64,000 nt of DNA from Octopus sinensis. Its lineage: Eukaryota. Under the pieces are notes generated by a model. It did no database searches, was not told the DNA's origin, and saw only the letters and a program-made list of their open reading frames with translations. The stretch covers positions 31,136,464-31,200,463 of the forward strand of contig NC_043011.1 of NCBI RefSeq assembly GCF_006345805.1, given 5' to 3'. Below are positions 62,272-64,000 of the stretch, piece by piece (the first letter of the stretch is position 1; the number at the start of each line of letters is the position of its first letter). A program made the translations under genes and the position numbers.

Positions 62272-63179
62272 TGTCCTTCATCTAGGCTCGCAAAATTACA
62301 CGAAAACGTATAACTAATGTTCTAAACGACCAGTCACAATCACCTTCCTCCGAGAGCATTAGATTAATTAAATCATAACTGCGCCACAAGCTGGACTAAA
62401 AGTATTTCACCCAACGACACAGAAAATTGAATTAACAAAATCAACATTCTAACTGCACGCCAAAATATGCCATATGTAGCTACTGGCTGGCAAAGAAATC
62501 GCTGAAAAGAAAAATCCAGAAACTGAAAGAAAACGTCTTTTTTTCTATTTTATTAAAACCTTAAAACTAAAACATTACTAACCATATCGTATGGCAATGT
62601 CTAAGACAAGGTATGAATGTCGAATACGTTACGTTTGTGGATGAATACAATTTGTAAAAAAAAAAAAAAAAAAAAAAGGGCGAAAACACAAGACGATAGC
62701 TGCTTATTGTGGAGACTTTGGAAAATAACATTTTCCACGATAATAAGCAGCTCCACTGTATTTTAAAAAGTATTTTCGTTTGATAGTACTTATATGTGAA
62801 TTGAATGAAAGTAAACTTCAATTGTAAAAACTTTATATGATAATTTAGGTTACAGAAATTCTAAATCAAAACAAAATTCGGCGCGAACACGGTAACGTAC
62901 TGTCGCTCACAATTCATTCATCAATATACTTTCCCGCTGTCTGTAAGTGTTTACCTAACATACTAAAAATAGCAGGTAATCAAACTTTAAATAGTTTTAG
63001 CTGCTGTTTTTTTGTATGTTCGACGACCATCTAAAGGCCTCCATCTTCGGGCTAAAAAAGCTGGACTATGGCGGGAAAGTATGATTTCGCGGTTTATCTT
63101 CAATGGTCTTCTTCCACATAAGTACCACTGCCCTTGCCATTAATTAATGAAAATATTTCTTGACAATAACAGTAAATAT

Positions 63180-63820
63180 TTTTTTTTTGTTTCAGTCATT
63201 GGGCTGCGGCCACGCTGGGTCATCGCCTTGAAGAATTTAGTCGAACAGATCGACCCCAGTACTTTATCCTCTTTTGCCGCACCGCTAATGCGCGGAGACG
63301 TAAGCAAACCAACACCGATAAGTGGTGGTAGGAGACAAAAGGCCAATTACACATACATATACGACGGGCTTCCACACAATTTCCGCTTGCCAAATCCACT
63401 CACAAAGCTTTGGTCGACCCAAGACTATAGTAGACACTTGTTCAAGGTGTCACGCAGTGGGAATGAACCTGAAACCACGTGCCTATAAGAACTTTTAGAT
63501 AAGCATGTCTTTGAAACAAAGCAGGCGTGACTTCCCAACCACTGGATGGCACCTTGAGCAATTGTCTTTTACGACAGCCTCGAGCCAACAAAAGCATTAC
63601 GAGTGCCATTGGTAGACGAAAAGTGAAAAAAGCCCGACATGTATACAAGTGTCCAACCACCACATGACAACCAGCGTTGGTTTGTTTACGGCCACATAAC
63701 TGATTTGGCAAAAAGGTACTGATGAAATAAAGTACCAGGCTTTTAAAAAAGTACTGGGTAGATTCGTTCATCTAAAAACTCTTCAAGCATAGTTATGATC
63801 TTAATGACTGAAACAAAATA
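63180..63820. mobile_element. Two degenerate tRNA-SINE copies in opposite orientations
   Basis: 63180-63480 (-) and 63480-63820 (+) match the 21358 family. Confidence 0.6.
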
Positions 63821-64000
63821 AAAGAAATAGAAACGTTTTTAAAAAGTGCTAAAATTTTACTTCTTCGAGAATTTTTCTTCTTTTACATTCTTTCATTCTT
63901 ACAACTTAATTTTGTTACAAGCCTAAGTCTTTTGTATTTCATTCATACACGTCCCTAAAGCGAAGGGTGATCCACTTATTTTTAGATTTATTAAAACTTA

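Noticed and set aside
62455-62960. Possible DUT mitochondrial-leader exons on the minus strand
   Set aside because: Plausible splice sites exist, but there is no homology support and no link to a motif-1 exon.

Overview
AT-rich, repeat-dense eukaryotic DNA. Its SINE, MITE and microsatellite families look like those of octopod cephalopods (inference). Host genes: (1) two divergently oriented, four-exon RPS27 paralogs (minus strand 6310-13271; plus strand 27764-45456) that encode an identical 84-aa protein although their introns and UTRs show no similarity I can align by eye; (2) the five 3' coding exons of dUTPase (DUT, minus strand, 50794-53393), whose motif-1 exon I could not find in the window; (3) an intact single-exon 656-aa FLYWCH-FLYWCH-MULE transposase ORF (55911-57881) between decayed terminal inverted repeats, a domestication candidate; (4) a probable terminal exon of an unidentified gene (800-989). 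The rest is CR1/RTE LINE remnants, two mariner derivatives, hAT, piggyBac and fold-back MITEs, many tRNA-derived and RTE-tailed SINEs, several long inverted repeats, and Penelope-type hammerhead ribozyme-like motifs at 18.3-19.6 kb. No rRNA, true tRNA gene or CRISPR array was found.
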